A stretch of 64,000 nucleotides of DNA, from the NCBI GenBank assembly GCA_012295275.1, contig CM022672.1, positions 34,224,001-34,288,000 on the forward strand, read 5' to 3'. This stretch comes from Chrysomallon squamiferum. Taxonomy: Eukaryota > Animalia > Mollusca. Made by a program: the position numbers and the translations under genes. Below are positions 15,540 through 30,807 of this stretch, in pieces; within the stretch, counting starts at the first letter, position 1; each line of letters starts with the position of its first letter. The notes under the pieces are model-generated. The model made no database searches. It was given only the letters and a program-made list of their open reading frames with translations, and was not told the DNA's origin.

Positions 15540-15685
15540 ATGTACTCATCACAGGAAATTTTAAACCTGGTCATTATTTATTTCTCATTTATTTAGAAGT
15601 TTAGTTTAACATTATTCTGGGACTGTATTTACAAATATATATATATGTATACACACACACACACACAAACACACAATAAATGGGA

Positions 15686-15731
<46 letters not shown>

Positions 15732-16438
15732 TTATATTATGCTATTCAAGTTATTCTTTAGTTACATTATAAAATGCATTTAATAAAAAATTCCAGTATT
15801 TGTTAAGAGGTGTGAACTGACTTGTTGTTTGTCCAGTTGTATGTATATTTATATATTTATATATTTATATTTATATTTATATATTTACACATAAAGCTAT
15901 TTCTCTTCTTGGTCTCTTGTCTGTTTATTCTCAATTTAAAAAATAATTTTAAAAACACATTGAAAATGTTCATATATATGCTATTTAAAATCAAAATAAA
16001 ATATGTACACATACAGACATACACACATACACACACAAACATATACAAGAGAGACATACTTATACATAAACTGATATACAGATACACACAGAGTTACTGA
16101 TATATAAACAGTCACATACATACACAGATACACGTATATACAGATAGACACAGATATTTACTCATATACAGAGAATTGTATATTATACTCAAGCACACAC
16201 ACAAAAAAACACACAAAACACACACACACACAATCTTTGATATCTGAAAACAAAAAAACATCACAGGTGATAACTAAACCAGCTGATAGGAGAATAAACT
16301 TTAAGTACGATTAATTGAAACAGGTCACATGTTTACACAGCTTTCTTTCTTCTCGTCACTGCAACACGCTAACAACAACACCAGCTCTCACAAAAATACC
16401 AACAAACAAACAGACAAACCAACCTTTACAGATCTCAC

Positions 16439-16507
16439 CTTGATTTTCTTATAGCCACACAAGCAGAGTCCAAACTCAGAAGCTACACTAAGAACAGTAC
16501 TATCCAT
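16439..16507 (-). CDS. Probable alternative first coding exon of gene B (MDSTVLSVASEFGLCLCGYKKIK)
   Basis: AACATGG start with an upstream in-frame stop; AAG|gtgaga donor in phase 0; GC-richer leader to about 16735. Confidence 0.55.
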
Positions 16508-17139
16508 GTTCAAACACACACCTCCCTCTACCCAAGTGCACTGACTGTGTGTGTGTGGACATACACCTTTGGCGCACTTCCACAAGGTATGTAAGGCAGG
16601 ACTTAGTGGGGCAGGTCACCCAAGCGTGATAGGGGTGTGTGTCCAAGCAAAAATAAAACCTTTGTGTGAAGCAACAGTGAGAGAAATCAGTAGACCGTGA
16701 AATTCCAAACAAAGCCGACTTCAAGGACGGGTCAAGATTTTTAAATTTTTAATTTTTTTTTTTTTTTTTTTCTTGATGGTTGGTCCATTGTTGACCTACT
16801 TTTTTTTATTTAAAACAGAAATGGATCATCTATTTATTTTTTTTAATATTTTTATGTCATAAAAAAAAATGTTAAAAGGAATAATTATAAGTAAATAAAA
16901 TAAAGAGAGTTAATTACTGATCAGGTGTTGCATTATTAAATACACTTAGTTTTGGCAAGTTTCGTATTACTGAGTTGACTCTTAGTACAGCACTAACAAG
17001 TGACCTCAATTTATCACCTGGGGTTCCAGATTTTTATCGTTTTTCACACCTTGATATCCTATACAGGTTAATTAATTTGGCATAAGTGGTGTTTCAGTAA
17101 GATATCACAGTGTGTTCTATAAAATAAGCAAGGTGCAAA

Positions 17140-17504
17140 AGAAACAAAAGAAAAAAAAAAAAAAAAAAAAAAAACAAAAATAAAATAAAATAAAATAAAA
17201 TAAAATAAAATAAAATAAAATAATAAAATAAAATAAAATAAAATAAAATAAAATAAAATAAAATAAAATAAAATAAAATAAATAAATAAAGGTATTATGC
17301 TGAAAAGTAATGCATGAGGTAATAAAGTTTTAAATTTAATAATAATTAATTAATGAATTAATGTTTCATTATTAAGTTATTAGATACAGTTCCAAAATAG
17401 AATTTAAAAAAAAATTTATGGTGAGTATTTACTTTGGTAAATCTGCACAACCACAACTATTAGAACTAAATACAAATATCAAAAAAAAAATAAATAAATA
17501 AATA

Positions 17505-17535
<31 letters not shown>

Positions 17536-17620
17536 AATAAAATAAAATAAAATAAAAAAAAAAAAAAATAAAATAAATTAAAATAAAATAAAATAAAAAA
17601 AAAAAAAAAATAATAAATAT
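17140..17620. repeat. (AAAAT)n and poly-A tracts
   Basis: Direct inspection; two blocks. Confidence 0.85.
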
Positions 17621-18138
17621 ACTAATAGATCAGATTTTAGGGAATGAAAGAAAAAAGAATCGTAAAAAACCCAGAAAAGAAATAAAAACGCACTTACTAC
17701 AAAAAAACGTTAACATTAAAACTCAGCGATGTTTGTTAATACTAGCAATATTTCGTTAGCTTTATTAAATTCTATCAGGATTTTGCTCTCTGGCTGATAT
17801 TCATAATTTTCACACTTACTGTCAACAGCTGTGCTTTATATCTTCCACACTGGAATAAAATAATCTGAAAGGATTTCCCCAGCTGTGTTCTAGTCATTTG
17901 ACCCACACACACTGACCTGAAAACACTGGGATAGCAACATGGTTGTTTTTTTATGGATTAATGACTTTCGATATTTTTTTTTTTTTTTGCTACAAGTTTA
18001 ATTATTAAAGAAGACTGGATGGCCAGTAGACATTTAAAACTGTTTCCTTTATAGGTAACAATTTAATAATGATATTTTAATATTGTATCTGCAAAAATAT
18101 AAATAATATTACAAAAAAAAAAAAAAAGAATTGTAAAA

Positions 18139-18177
<39 letters not shown>

Positions 18178-18259
18178 GAAAATGGCTGCCAAACAAACAT
18201 TAAATAACAGTAAAAAAAAAAAAAAAAAATTATCCATATTAAGGAATAAAGAGAGAATA

Positions 18260-18293
<34 letters not shown>

Positions 18294-19277
18294 TTTTTTT
18301 TTTTTTTTTTCAAGCTGGTTTATGTTAAAAAAATTTACAAAATAATACAAAAGGACAAATAGGGAATAGAACAAAGATACAAACTTATCTATAAAAAAAC
18401 CCAACATTAGTACAAATCTGACTGTTTTTGAATTATGAAGATAACAAAAGGGAGGTAATACATGTAACTAATTCATAAATTCATAAACATTTTTTCTTTA
18501 ATCTGATCTCTTAAATGAACAAACAACACATCAGCACATTTTAAGACTTTGTTCTTATTAAATAATAATCTTTACAATACTTAAAAACAACTCCGAAAAT
18601 TTAATCCATATGAAGGTAAAAAAGAATTTCTAATTTTTACTGGTTTGTTCTATCAATTTATATAGCAAATAACTTTAAAAAGAAGAAAAAAGGCAACAAC
18701 AAAAACACTGCACACAAACATCTTTTCATTATAGATGAGAATCAGAAAAATTAAATATACATGTAGTTCTGTATCAGATTATGCATCATAACCATTCAAA
18801 GATGATTAAAATAAACACAAAGAACGAGAAAATGATTACTGCATCAAAAACCATCAGCATTATCCTCTTCCAGAAGACAAAATCAAAAGAACAAATCATA
18901 AGCAGACGCAAAGCCCTGCACCATGTCTTCATAATAACAGCATTTATAAGACTTTTGAGAAAAGATTCTATTTCACATATGATGGCATACCTTTAACATT
19001 ATTGCATGAAGTATTCTATGCATTTATAAGTGAGGAAAATTGAATTTGTTTCCAGGATTTTTTAAATTTATTTTCCTCAGTATGAATGTTTAAATAAGAA
19101 TCAATCAGAACCAAGACAAATCCAGTCAAAATGAAAAGAAAAATTCTGTTTCACTTATATCTACACCCTCTGCATGCAGTTTTAAGTAATAGAACCAGTA
19201 TTATGGTTATCTCTATGTCACTGTTTAGCGATATTAAAATCCAACAAATAAAAAAAGAGTAAACAGAGTGGACATAC

Positions 19278-19355
19278 CAGTGACCGGCGAGACCAGCACC
19301 GAGGTGGACACATATAAATTCCATCCATCGTCTGGACAAGACCGTCCAGCTCCAT
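19278..19355 (-). CDS. Probable alternative first coding exon of gene B (MELDGLVQTMDGIYMCPPRCWSRRSL)
   Basis: CAAATGG start; CTG|gtatgt donor in phase 0; CpG-retaining patch. Confidence 0.6.
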
Positions 19356-20684
19356 TTGTAAAAAAACAAAAAAACACTTCGGATAAAACGTCTTGTTTTT
19401 TGTCTTTAATAAAGTTGACCTCTAACTGTTATTTGAGAAATATCCAGATACCTGACAGTGTGTGCATCCTCCAGTGTTTATATTTAGCAAGAACCCAGGA
19501 AATGAAGAAATAAAAGAACATGTGGCAGGATGAACTAAGCAGGGTGGAGGAGAGAGGGGGAGAGTAGGGGGGAAGACAAAGAGGGGGCGGGGGAGGGAAA
19601 AGAAGAAGGGGAGAGGAGGATGGTTATCTGTCTGTATTGCCTCACATGTGTAGACGTCTGTGTTATAAACATCTCACAGTGATTCCTTGTTCTCAGAAAT
19701 CTCCGAGAACTGCCTGTTTTATCTGTCCATCAATTAACACGAAGAACTAAGAACCACTTGTTGTCTTGGATCATATTTTATACATTTCTGATTCAGTAAC
19801 ATGTTATTTACTATCACATATAAATACTTTTTTTCTAAAAAATGTTTTTGGCAAGAACAGATACGTATCAGAAACCCATTCTCAGACTTACTGTCAGCAA
19901 CAAGCTGTGTTTTTATGTACCTCCCATAAACAGCAGAGCCAAATACAACAACCTTTGACAAAGCAGACATATATTAGGTGTACCATTACTTACAGGCGGA
20001 GACAAAAATATCTCCAAGTGATAACCAAGATGGTTGATGTAGTAATGATTTATTAGAATGTTTTTTTTTTTTTTTTTTTTTTTGCTTTAAATTATAAATT
20101 TTATGTTCGTGACTTGATAATGAAGTTTTTGTTGCTGGCAGGCTGCTTGGGTTATTTTTTTACAGTTTTTGTCAGTTGTACTGCTGTTACTTCAGTTCAT
20201 TTTCTTAAATTATTTTAATTTGTTTAATGTTGAAAATTTAAAAATTTTATTTTATTTTTTATTTATTATATTTTTTTTAAATTAAAAGTTATTTAAAACA
20301 ATTTCTGCACATACAGCAGGCTATTTAATAATCACTACTGGAGTAATATTAAATTACTCAGCAGTTTGAAAAACACATTAAAATCAATAAAATGTATGTC
20401 AGTGTGCATGTAAAACATTTATAAAACTTTACATGTTAAATTTCATCATAACATTTACAAAACAACGAAACACAAGGTAACATTAACAACTTAACAAAAA
20501 CAACACAAACAAGATAAAAAGGTAAAACAAGGTAATTATTAAACAAATTATTGAGAAGAGCTCAAACAGGCCAAAAGATTTGTATAACACCTGAATAAAA
20601 ATGAAGAAACTGCTTTACTTAATAATGCTCTCAACACATTTTAGCTATGGTTATATTGCTAGTAATTAAGATTTAAAACAGCTC

Positions 20685-20905
20685 AGAGTAGGAACCTGCT
20701 GCAGCCATTTTATGGGTTACTCTTTGATTAGCAGAAACTGGTCTTTTACAACGCACCATCCCACAGACAGGAAAACACTACATTCCATATCTTTTGATAT
20801 AGCAGTCACTGAGTACTGGCTGAGATGAGAAAGGTCAAAACATCCATAACAATGGACTGACTTTATAATTCACTGCACCTTCAGATAATGACGTACCTGT
20901 GAAGT
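20685..20905 (-). mobile_element. Degenerate interspersed repeat, probably a tRNA-derived SINE
   Basis: Core ACTCTTTGATTAGCAG...GCACCATCCCACAGACAGGA...ACTGGCTG resembles an abundant gastropod repeat as I recall it; not verified by search. Confidence 0.45.
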
Positions 20906-21333
20906 AAGTCATGTACATTATGAACACCTGACATACAGTGTACGCATCATAAACATACACCTGTACTTTAAATGTGTTCTGCAGATGTCACTGGTCGTTC
21001 AGGTACAGCAGTCACTTTTAATTACAGACAAAACTGCTCCAGATTTCCATGTCTTTGTTACGTAATTAAAGCAGGTGTTGCCTTTAGTTCTGCACTTGCA
21101 GTAGTAGGTCTCCATGTATTCATTGCATAATTTAAAACAGACTTTTGCCTAGTTGCATATGAAACTATTGCATGTCTTCATAAAACAAAATAAGGCAGGT
21201 ATTGACTATAGTTATATATCAAATGCACATACAGGTAGGCACAAGGTAATAATAATTGTGTAAAACATGGACAAATGTTCTTTCAGTAATACTAGTTTTA
21301 CTAATTTAAACAACATGTTAGCTTAAAAATTTA

Positions 21334-21373
<40 letters not shown>

Positions 21374-21958
21374 AAGACAAACAAACAAAATGCAGTACAC
21401 ATAGGCCTAAATACTACACACAAAGACATAAAAAACAAAAACAACCTGAAACATACAACTATCAATACATCTGTTTTTCATTTATTAACATTAGCTAAAC
21501 CAAAAGCAAAATGAAAAATAAAAACAAAGTACAGTTTCAGTAACAAAAACACAATCATCAAGAGAGCTATAAAGGTCATAACCTTGACATTTCATGAAGA
21601 GTTCTCAGAGAAATGCTTTATAACAAAACATGTGCACACACACATACACATAAACACACACCCACAACGTCATATATATATATATATAATACTCTGACCT
21701 ATAATATTAACAGTCAAATAAAGTGCTGTCTGTGTCTGTGATAAAAATAAGTCAGAATAAATTTTACATGTATTTATAAATCACTTATTATGTTAATCAG
21801 TGATGATGTTAAAAAGTTTAATTTTTTAGCTTTGATTTGAAACCACTGAAAGTTTTCAGTTTCTGAGTATAGTGAAGTGTACCATAAGATGAAAAAGCAT
21901 GAATTCAAATTGAAATCTCTGTTCCTTCCTTAAAACTGTACCATTTTAAATAATAATG

Positions 21959-22011
<53 letters not shown>

Positions 22012-22648
22012 TACAATAACAAAGGAAAATGTGTACAATGTTCATTCTACTAACATGTATGCACACATACACACAAGCTGTGTATAGCACTATGAATACA
22101 CAGCTAACATCCAGATGTGACACAGATGTGAAAGTTTACTACTTACTCACCCCAGACTTAGCGAGTCATCACAGAACCACACCCAGTAATTAGGGAGGCT
22201 CTGCTAAATGAGTAAACTGCTATGATCACTTATTAGAATGGAATTAAAACAAATGCTGAGTTTTGTAAAGTAGTGCATGGTATAACCTTGAGATAGCGAT
22301 TTCTGTGTTAGTTATTAACAGCTGTAGCATGGAACCTGGATGAAATTCAGATAGGTAACATTGAACAAAATCAATAAAAATGAACTAGCAATAAACATTT
22401 AAAACAGCAAAGAGAAAAAGAAAGAGGAAGGTAGACACACTGATATAAAAACATATAAATATATTTCAAAAAAAAATAGAGAGAGAGAGAGACTGTTAGC
22501 AACAGAAAAACAGACAATTTCCAATCAGAATGATCTCTCCAAAGATAACTTAAAAAGATAAAACTAATAATTATATAGTTGCAACCTTGAAAAACAAGAA
22601 TTTGTCTACTTTGAAACCAAACAAAACTTTACAAGAGGATTATAGATA

Positions 22649-22679
<31 letters not shown>

Positions 22680-23257
22680 CACACACAGAGATTAATTTAA
22701 AATGACTTGACATACTCACGTAAATCTGCAACTTTGACAAACAACAAAGACTGTTTCAGAGAAAGTGCACATCGACGTTTGTTCTATTGCGATTGGCCAC
22801 TAAGTCTACTCTCTCGCCTACTTACAAATACATTTCATTCTGTCACATTTAGTAAACACTGATGCATTACAATATCTGCCTCTCCCTGTCACCCACATTT
22901 GTAACATGTTTTATTCATTTCCTAGCCACGAATTGCCACAAAATAAGTATATAAAATCTCAAAAAATGTGGAAGAATATCTCTTTGATTTTATACAATTA
23001 ATTAATATGTATTATATTGTTATCATACTAATTACATGTCAGTATAATGCCTTTGTTATTTTATTTTAATTTCATTTTAAATTTTGTTGTCTTTTTAATG
23101 ATAAATAATTACAATTTTTTTTTAATTATGTATTTATAGTGATGATTTATTTGTCAGTGTGGTAGTATCATAAACTTTAATGTTTTGATGTGTTAATGAT
23201 AAGGAAACAAGAATTTTTAAGAATAAAAACGTGTAATACTATTGTATTATTATCATA

Positions 23258-23345
<88 letters not shown>

Positions 23346-23726
23346 GTTGTTATTATTATTATTATTAAAACATGGGGCAATTGTAAGAATGAAAAATAAA
23401 AACATGCTGTACTCTAATGAAATGTGTGTTCATTACTACAGAGCCTTAGGCTATTCACTTTTAAATCACAAATTAAAATTTCCAATCAATCATTAATTAA
23501 TATCTTGATCAGCTTTCATCTTGGTAAACCAGATTATTTATTACCTTATGTAAAATGTCTGTAATTTATAAATAACAAACGAAAATAAAATGATTATTTA
23601 TAATAACAATAACAATAATAATAAATATGTTAAATAATAGTTTTAATGAAGATAATCATAATAATAATTAAAATAATACATATTATTATTTGTGTTGTTA
23701 TTATTATAGGTGGACTGACTATCCAT

Positions 23727-23949
23727 TAGCTGTAATCCTCATATCCAAAACATTTTCTGAGTAGCAGAAACAGTGATTCTGTACATTTTCCTGATATTCT
23801 TCCATCTTTATAAACTTTATTTTATATACAAAATTATTTTAAAAATGTGTATCAAAAATTGCTCATAATAATATTACAAAATCAAAAAAAACTCTGAAAT
23901 CAGAGTCATTTCCAGTCCCAACTGTTTTGGATAAGGTATTCTCAGCCTG
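23727..23949. mobile_element. Degenerate Tigger/pogo-like MITE remnant
   Basis: Right end CCAGTCCCAACTGTTTTGGATAAGGTATTCTCAGCCTG resembles Tigger4-type termini (from recall); inverted ATCCAAAA at the left; related copy near 32.1 kb. Confidence 0.45.
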
Positions 23950-25639
23950 AATTATTATTATTATTATACCTAATTTTTCTTTCTTTTCTTCTTTTTCCTT
24001 CAAGCATTAAAAACAACAACAAAAATAACAAGTAAAATTAGTCCTCAACATCTGCAGATTTGTTTAGATTTCTTAAAACAACCAGATGCATCTCACTGAA
24101 ATACTCTGAAAAACCAGGGCAATTGCAAAAGCTTATAACTATACTAAACACCTCACAGTACTTCTACCACACCATAAAAATTAAACTGCCAACCTTTAAA
24201 ATTATTTGAAGCAGATTACAAAAAAAATTAATAATAAAAGATTAAGAAGCACTGGTTTGGAACCATTATTATGATTATAAGGAGAATGACAATCTAAAGA
24301 AATACAGTTTAGTGCAGAGTAGATATTCTTACATGGTAAAGTTGTGTTTAGAGTGGTTTGTAGTGTAAGTAACAGGAGTAACAGGAGTAACAGGACTTGT
24401 CTCAACTGCTAAAATGGGAACAGTGTTTAGTATAGAGTATCCTGTAGTAAGCTCACTTTATAATCCAGTGTATTCCTAAGTGTCTGAAGTAACTGGGTTA
24501 TACTGAAGAGATTACAAATCAATTAAGTATGCAATACATAATTATGACTACAGCTTAATTATGAGTACAGTTTTAGGTGTAGATTAGAATGGAATGTTGA
24601 TTTAATATGGAATGTAGCTGAATTAATTGACAACGTTATTAATTGTTAGAATGAGATAATACTACATAAAGCTGTAACTTCACTAAATAAATTTTTGATA
24701 TATTTACATGTACCTTACTTAATTTACAGGAGACTTGTTAATGGAATATCAATGTATTTATTTAAATTTTTGTAATTTTTATACATATTTATTTCATCAA
24801 AAATAAAGAAAAGGGGAATTATAAATTAAACACACACACACATGTACAATATTATTTTTCTCCTAGTGTTTAGTATAAAAAACCCCATAAAACATTGAAA
24901 CCTTAAGAAATCTGTTCTCCAAAAATTAAAAATAGATTATTGATTGTTAACAACCTTATTTATAATTTAAATTGTGAACTGATAAATAAATAAACACCAT
25001 CATAAAGAGTAAAACTAAATATCAGATGAAATACGTTGCTCATTGAATGAACAAGAACTAAAAATAGATACAGCAACCTAATTCTTTTTAATAACTATTG
25101 ATTTTGCCAAAACACAAACCTCATAATGTTCTGACAGATTTAATTAACACAATTTATATAATAAATTGCTACCAGAATAACATGAAATGTGTTGAATTTT
25201 TACTCTCTTTGTTTCATGCATGTGTGAGTTGTGCATACACACAATACACACACACACACACATACACACACAATGTGCATACATGCTCAAATACACACAT
25301 CCTGTAATAAATTAAATATGATTATATTCTTTTGTACAGATAAAAACATATATAAAACCAATTCTCATTAACAACAATAATGTAAACAAAATGCAGTCTT
25401 CATCATAATCATAACTGGGTAAACAAATATTTTCAAAATGAAATAAAATTATTATTTAAACCTAATATTTGATGTTTATTTAACAAATACTTATTTTTAT
25501 TTCTAATGTAATTATTGACAGTTCCATATGTAGTTCTGATTAATATTAAAATGTAGAGCAAAAACTACGATTAAATTACAGTGACATAAAGCATTAAATT
25601 AATGTAATAATTATTTTTGCATAAATGATCCAACCTTTT

Positions 25640-26350
25640 TTTCTGTAACCGCCGGGTCAGCTTGTTCAGTGTTTAACTAGTGACATCAGAAACATTTAAA
25701 ATATTGGGTCAAGGCGTGAATCTAACAGTTTTTGTGCGCATTAACTTCATTTACATTCTTGTGTCAAACCGATACACACGTCTCAATCACCAGGCATGAT
25801 CATGCTATCACGAAATTGTATGACATTTCAGTTTAAAGCGAAAACAACAAAAAAAATCCTAAATTAAAATGCTCCAGAAAACGCCTATTTCACTGAATGA
25901 TTCCTAAAAACGTTCGATCCAAAAATAAATTAATGTACTTACGTTTAATCTAGTCCACAAATCTTAAAATAAAATAAACTAGTCCCCATTTGTATGGATT
26001 TGTGATCATTCCCTTGTCGAAACGGGCACCGAAAATACAAAGAAGAGTAATCGCAGAATACGAATGACGTCACGATCTTCTAATTGTCTCCCTTGGCAAG
26101 TGATTATAAAGTGTGTTGTTCCTGTTTTGTTTTTGTTTTTGTTCTTTGGTTTTTGTTACAATAATATTACTAATTTGTAGCAGCTTATAAATATAATTTA
26201 CAAAGTTAAAGAAAATCAAATAAATATATAAGTGACTGATACGCTATAAGAAAATTAGCATACATTACCGATCAGGCGAAACATCCAGCTATTAAAACGT
26301 ATCTGCAATACATACACGTAATTTTTATTTTAAGTTTGTTGTATTTTCCG
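25640..26350 (-). promoter_or_regulatory. CpG-rich promoter with full CRE and short non-coding first exon (probably gene B)
   Basis: Local CpG enrichment against CpG-poor flanks; TGACGTCA at 26065-26072; donor AAC|gtaagt with exon end at 25943. Confidence 0.6.
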
Positions 26351-26450
26351 ATGTAAAAATAGATTTCAAATATTTTTCCCAAAATGATGTCAAAATATGA
26401 CAAACTGGAAAAATGTGTAAAAGAATATTTTAAAATGATAATAATAATAT

Positions 26451-26497
<47 letters not shown>

Positions 26498-29199
26498 TTA
26501 AATTTTTATTTACTCATTGCTAAATATGAAATTGTCATTTTCACAATTTACATTTTAAATGACAGGTAATGTATAAAACGTATTTTGCTCTTTATTTATT
26601 AAAAACATTGATAATTATTTGGGATTTTATTAATTTAATTAATTAAATATTTATTTATTTATTTTTATGTAATCAATATACATTGTTATTATAAACCTGT
26701 TTATGAAAAGGACAGAAGAATTAATTATGTAGGAAAAATTGCAGTATAGTTATAATACAAAATATATCTTCATTACATAAATAATTTTAAACCCTCTGCC
26801 CCTAAAATAAAGTATGCAGAAAAGTAGTTTTTAATTTTGGCAGATGAAATTTGAATAGTAGCACCTTTTATATTTAAAATAGTTTTGACTTCTCCATTTA
26901 TATATAAAAAGTACATTCTTTCCATCAACCCGATTTCTTCTGCATGTTCATTATTTTAATTTTTATTATTATTATAATTGTTGTTTTTGTTATTGTTATT
27001 TTATTTAGCAGCATGGAACCTGGTGACAATACATTGAACAGGTTGTTTCTTAATGTTGTTTATTTTGTTGTTTTTTTAAATTTTAATTTCTTTATTTCTT
27101 TATTTTCTTTATTTGTTTATAAAGTAGTTTATATATATTTTAATCATTATTTATTTATTATTGTTATAATTGTTCTTTTTGTTTGTTTGTTTGATAAACT
27201 GTTTGTTTAGCTTAGTATTGAGAAAGAAATAATTCTAAATATACTGCAGATTAATTGTGTAATAGTCAAACTCAGTGACAAGTTTATACCTTAAAAATAA
27301 CAAACTGCGTTTGTCTGTAAATTAAGTGTTCTGTGTTCTTAAGCTAATTAAAGACAAAATATTTAAAATATGCTCTGAAACATTCAAACAAAATATTTCA
27401 TAATTCAAGATTTACGATGTCAGTTTTAAGATACATTAATTTCATTTTGCATCATTGTACAAATATTATACTTATTATTATAAAGTGTATGCTTTTATTT
27501 TCTGATCAATTCCACTGTTAACATTATTCAGTGTTTATTTTGTTAAAACAGAATAATAAAGAGAGTTTCAAAACTATGTTAATTTTTTTAAATTAATTTT
27601 AAAAGTTATTGTATTTATAAAGTTAGAAGAACAACAAAAAGCAGACATTTAAATTAATTTTATTATCAGAAGTGTATCAGGCTGCAATGAATAAAAGATG
27701 AAATATAAAAACAGTTAATGATACAGTTTGTAATAATTTAACAGTGGTTTACATTATTATACACTTTTTTTTATAAAATGAAATGATAAAAGTATGACAT
27801 ATTCATAAAAAGGTATTATAATAAAACAACAATTTCCACTGACTTGAAATTTTTATTTGAAAATGCTTTATTATTCAACAAAATAATACTTGAATTGAAA
27901 TACTCGTATTGCAAATGATCAAAACATGTTGTAGAAAAATAAAAAATAAAAATGTATAACTGGTGTTCAGTTACAAATAGATGAATCAATGTGTTTTAAC
28001 AAACATGAGAATATATACATGTATGTGGGTGTATATGTGTTTGTGTGTGACATTATCAACAATGCAGACGTTTTGTGATCAGTTTAAATGTCAACATGAC
28101 CTGTTATTTTAAAGTACATTTACATGTATTCCTTACCACTGTAATATTTCTGATTTTACTAGTTTTCTTGATCTGAATTTCAAAATAATAAACATGTTGT
28201 TTACCAGCACACTGTTAATGTAGAGATAATTTAAAATAAGTAAAAATTAGTAATAAACAGATTTTAAATACATTGAGATGACATGAATAGTGACAGTGAA
28301 TGTGTGTGATTGCACTAATACTGCACTACTTTGAAACTAGTAGGTATACCACTACAACATTACTTCAGTTTTGAAACCAGTATTTTATAAGTACTTCTAC
28401 AAAACTACAATCAAAATTACTACTGCTTAATTACATATACAATTAGAAAAAAATTACCAGAACAAAACAACGACATGACTTGGATTTTGTTATTTTGCTC
28501 TGTTTTGTTTGTTCTTATTTCTTTATTACATATATTTTTAGTTTTATTAAAACATTTTATATTAAGAAATTTCTCTGCTGTTTCTTCATCACCCTCAAAA
28601 CCCCCCAGAAAGCAACAACAACAACAAAACAAAAACAAACAAAAAAATCATGTAGAAAGCAATATGCAAACTCAAACAGTCACATTACAAAATTACAACT
28701 GGCTGAAAATATAACAATGAATTCTACTAAAAATGAAAAAAATAGTAGAAAATTCTGATTACTAAAATAACTGACAGTGGATAATAAGCAACGCACATAA
28801 AGTGGGATTTATGAGGTTTGTGTAAATGGAACAAAGAAAACAATGAACCACATGAAACAAAACAGAAGGTTGTTGGCCTGGATGATGTGAGTGAGACATC
28901 AATCACTTGTCTCTGTGGGGTTGATGTGGCTTCGTTATGTCAATTTTGTGTCTTAATGTGACTAATTACAAATTCAGAACATAATGAGAGAAGAAAATGT
29001 ACAAATATTGCAGATTCCTAAAGAACTGAGTTACATTAATATCATACCAAAATTAAGAAGAAAAAAATAAGAAATTGAAAGATAATAATAATAATAATAA
29101 TCAAACTAAAATTGCTTTCTTACGTATAACATCCAAGTAAGAAGACTGGTTTATCAATAAACTTAATTCCACACACACACACACGAAAGTCAAATAAAT

Positions 29200-29430
29200 T
29201 GTATTGTATAGTAGTAGTAGTAGTAGCAGCATATAAATAGTAAAGTAGTAGTAGTATATAGTATTGTAAAGGTAGTACTAGTAGTAGCAGCATAGAAATA
29301 GTAAAGTAGTAGTAATATAGTAGTTGTAAAGGTAGTAGCAGCATAGAACTAGTAAAGTAGTAGTAGAATAGTATTGTAAAGGTAGTAGCAGTAGTAGCAG
29401 CATAGTTGTAAAGGTAGTAGTAGTAGTATA
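29200..29430. repeat. (GTA)n-derived compound minisatellite
   Basis: Recurrent TTGTAAAGGTAGTAG and GCAGCATAG. Confidence 0.85.
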
Positions 29431-30762
29431 ACAACAGTGATAATTAATTTTAAAAAACAAAAGATAATAACAGAATTCTGAATGAAAAAGTTTTTATTAT
29501 TTTTGACATTGGCAAGATGTTACAGGCAGTACTTTTAACAATAAAATACCAAAACACAAGCAGAAACTGTTTTAAAAATAATATTGCACTTTACACAATG
29601 CAGTTTAATACAAAACGTTAGTTACAATTTTCAGTCTTCATAATCAATTATAATATTCTATTAAAATAAAAATATATATGATCATGTTCAACCATAATAA
29701 AACAAGTTTGCAGTTGATGATATTCCAGATACATTTTATTTATCGTTATTTGGTTTTGGATATATGTATAGTTAAGGAAGACTGAGAAAAAATAAATTTA
29801 AAGTAATTACACTTCAAGAGTTATGACAAAGTTTTAATTTTATTTTATCCTTAGGATACTCATTGTCTATAGTAGTTTTGAAAGTCACATATGTATCAAC
29901 ATCATAAACACATATATACAAGTTAAACTGCATGGAACTTGTCCAAAACAAATATTTACCTAATAAAAGTATTCAAGTTGAAAATGTACATTAAAATGAA
30001 TCAATTAATTTTCAATGTTCACACAAAAACAAGATATTTTATTATCATACAGCTCAATAAGAAACCATCTTTAAAAATATTATCTATCTATTAAAACGCT
30101 TTATAAACCTTTCCCCTAACTGGTTATAAATGAAACAGCTAAACAACTGCTAAATCTCTCTCTAAATAATTTAGACACACAATGTGTAGTTACTTATATG
30201 TTTATTACTTATTAAACATACTAATCTTTTATCTACTACTTTTACTTTGCACTAATATGAAACTACTAACCTAATGCTAGTGTGTAACTATTATTTGCAA
30301 TATTTTTAAAAATTTCAGAACAAAGCTTAATTATTTACTCAGTTTTCTGTTTATTTATTTATTTACTAAATTTTATTAACTTTTGCAATAATTTCATAAA
30401 ACTTAGAATCTCTCTAATAATGTATTTTGAGCAAATTATTTTATTATTTTTATAGTAAGTTTCATACATAAATTTAAAATAATAATTATATAATTATATC
30501 TACCCTGTAAACTCGACAATATTAAAAATAATAAGAAATAATGACATGAAAAACCCATTAGTAACTAAATAAATGAGTGAGCAATTGATTCATTCTAATA
30601 TCATAGCAGTACAGAATTACTAACATTTAGAAATCAGCACACAAAATGTGTTAATTTTGCTAAGTAAACAAAATCTCTTTAATCACATCTCTACATGAAA
30701 TATCAATGCATAGATTCTGATAGTCTCTCTATTTGAAGTATTTATTTATTTATTTTATTTGT

Positions 30763-30807
<45 letters not shown>

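Noticed and set aside
16500-16724. 74-aa minus-strand ORF
   Set aside because: Non-ATG start and it stops before the donor; most likely 5' UTR of the alternative first exon.
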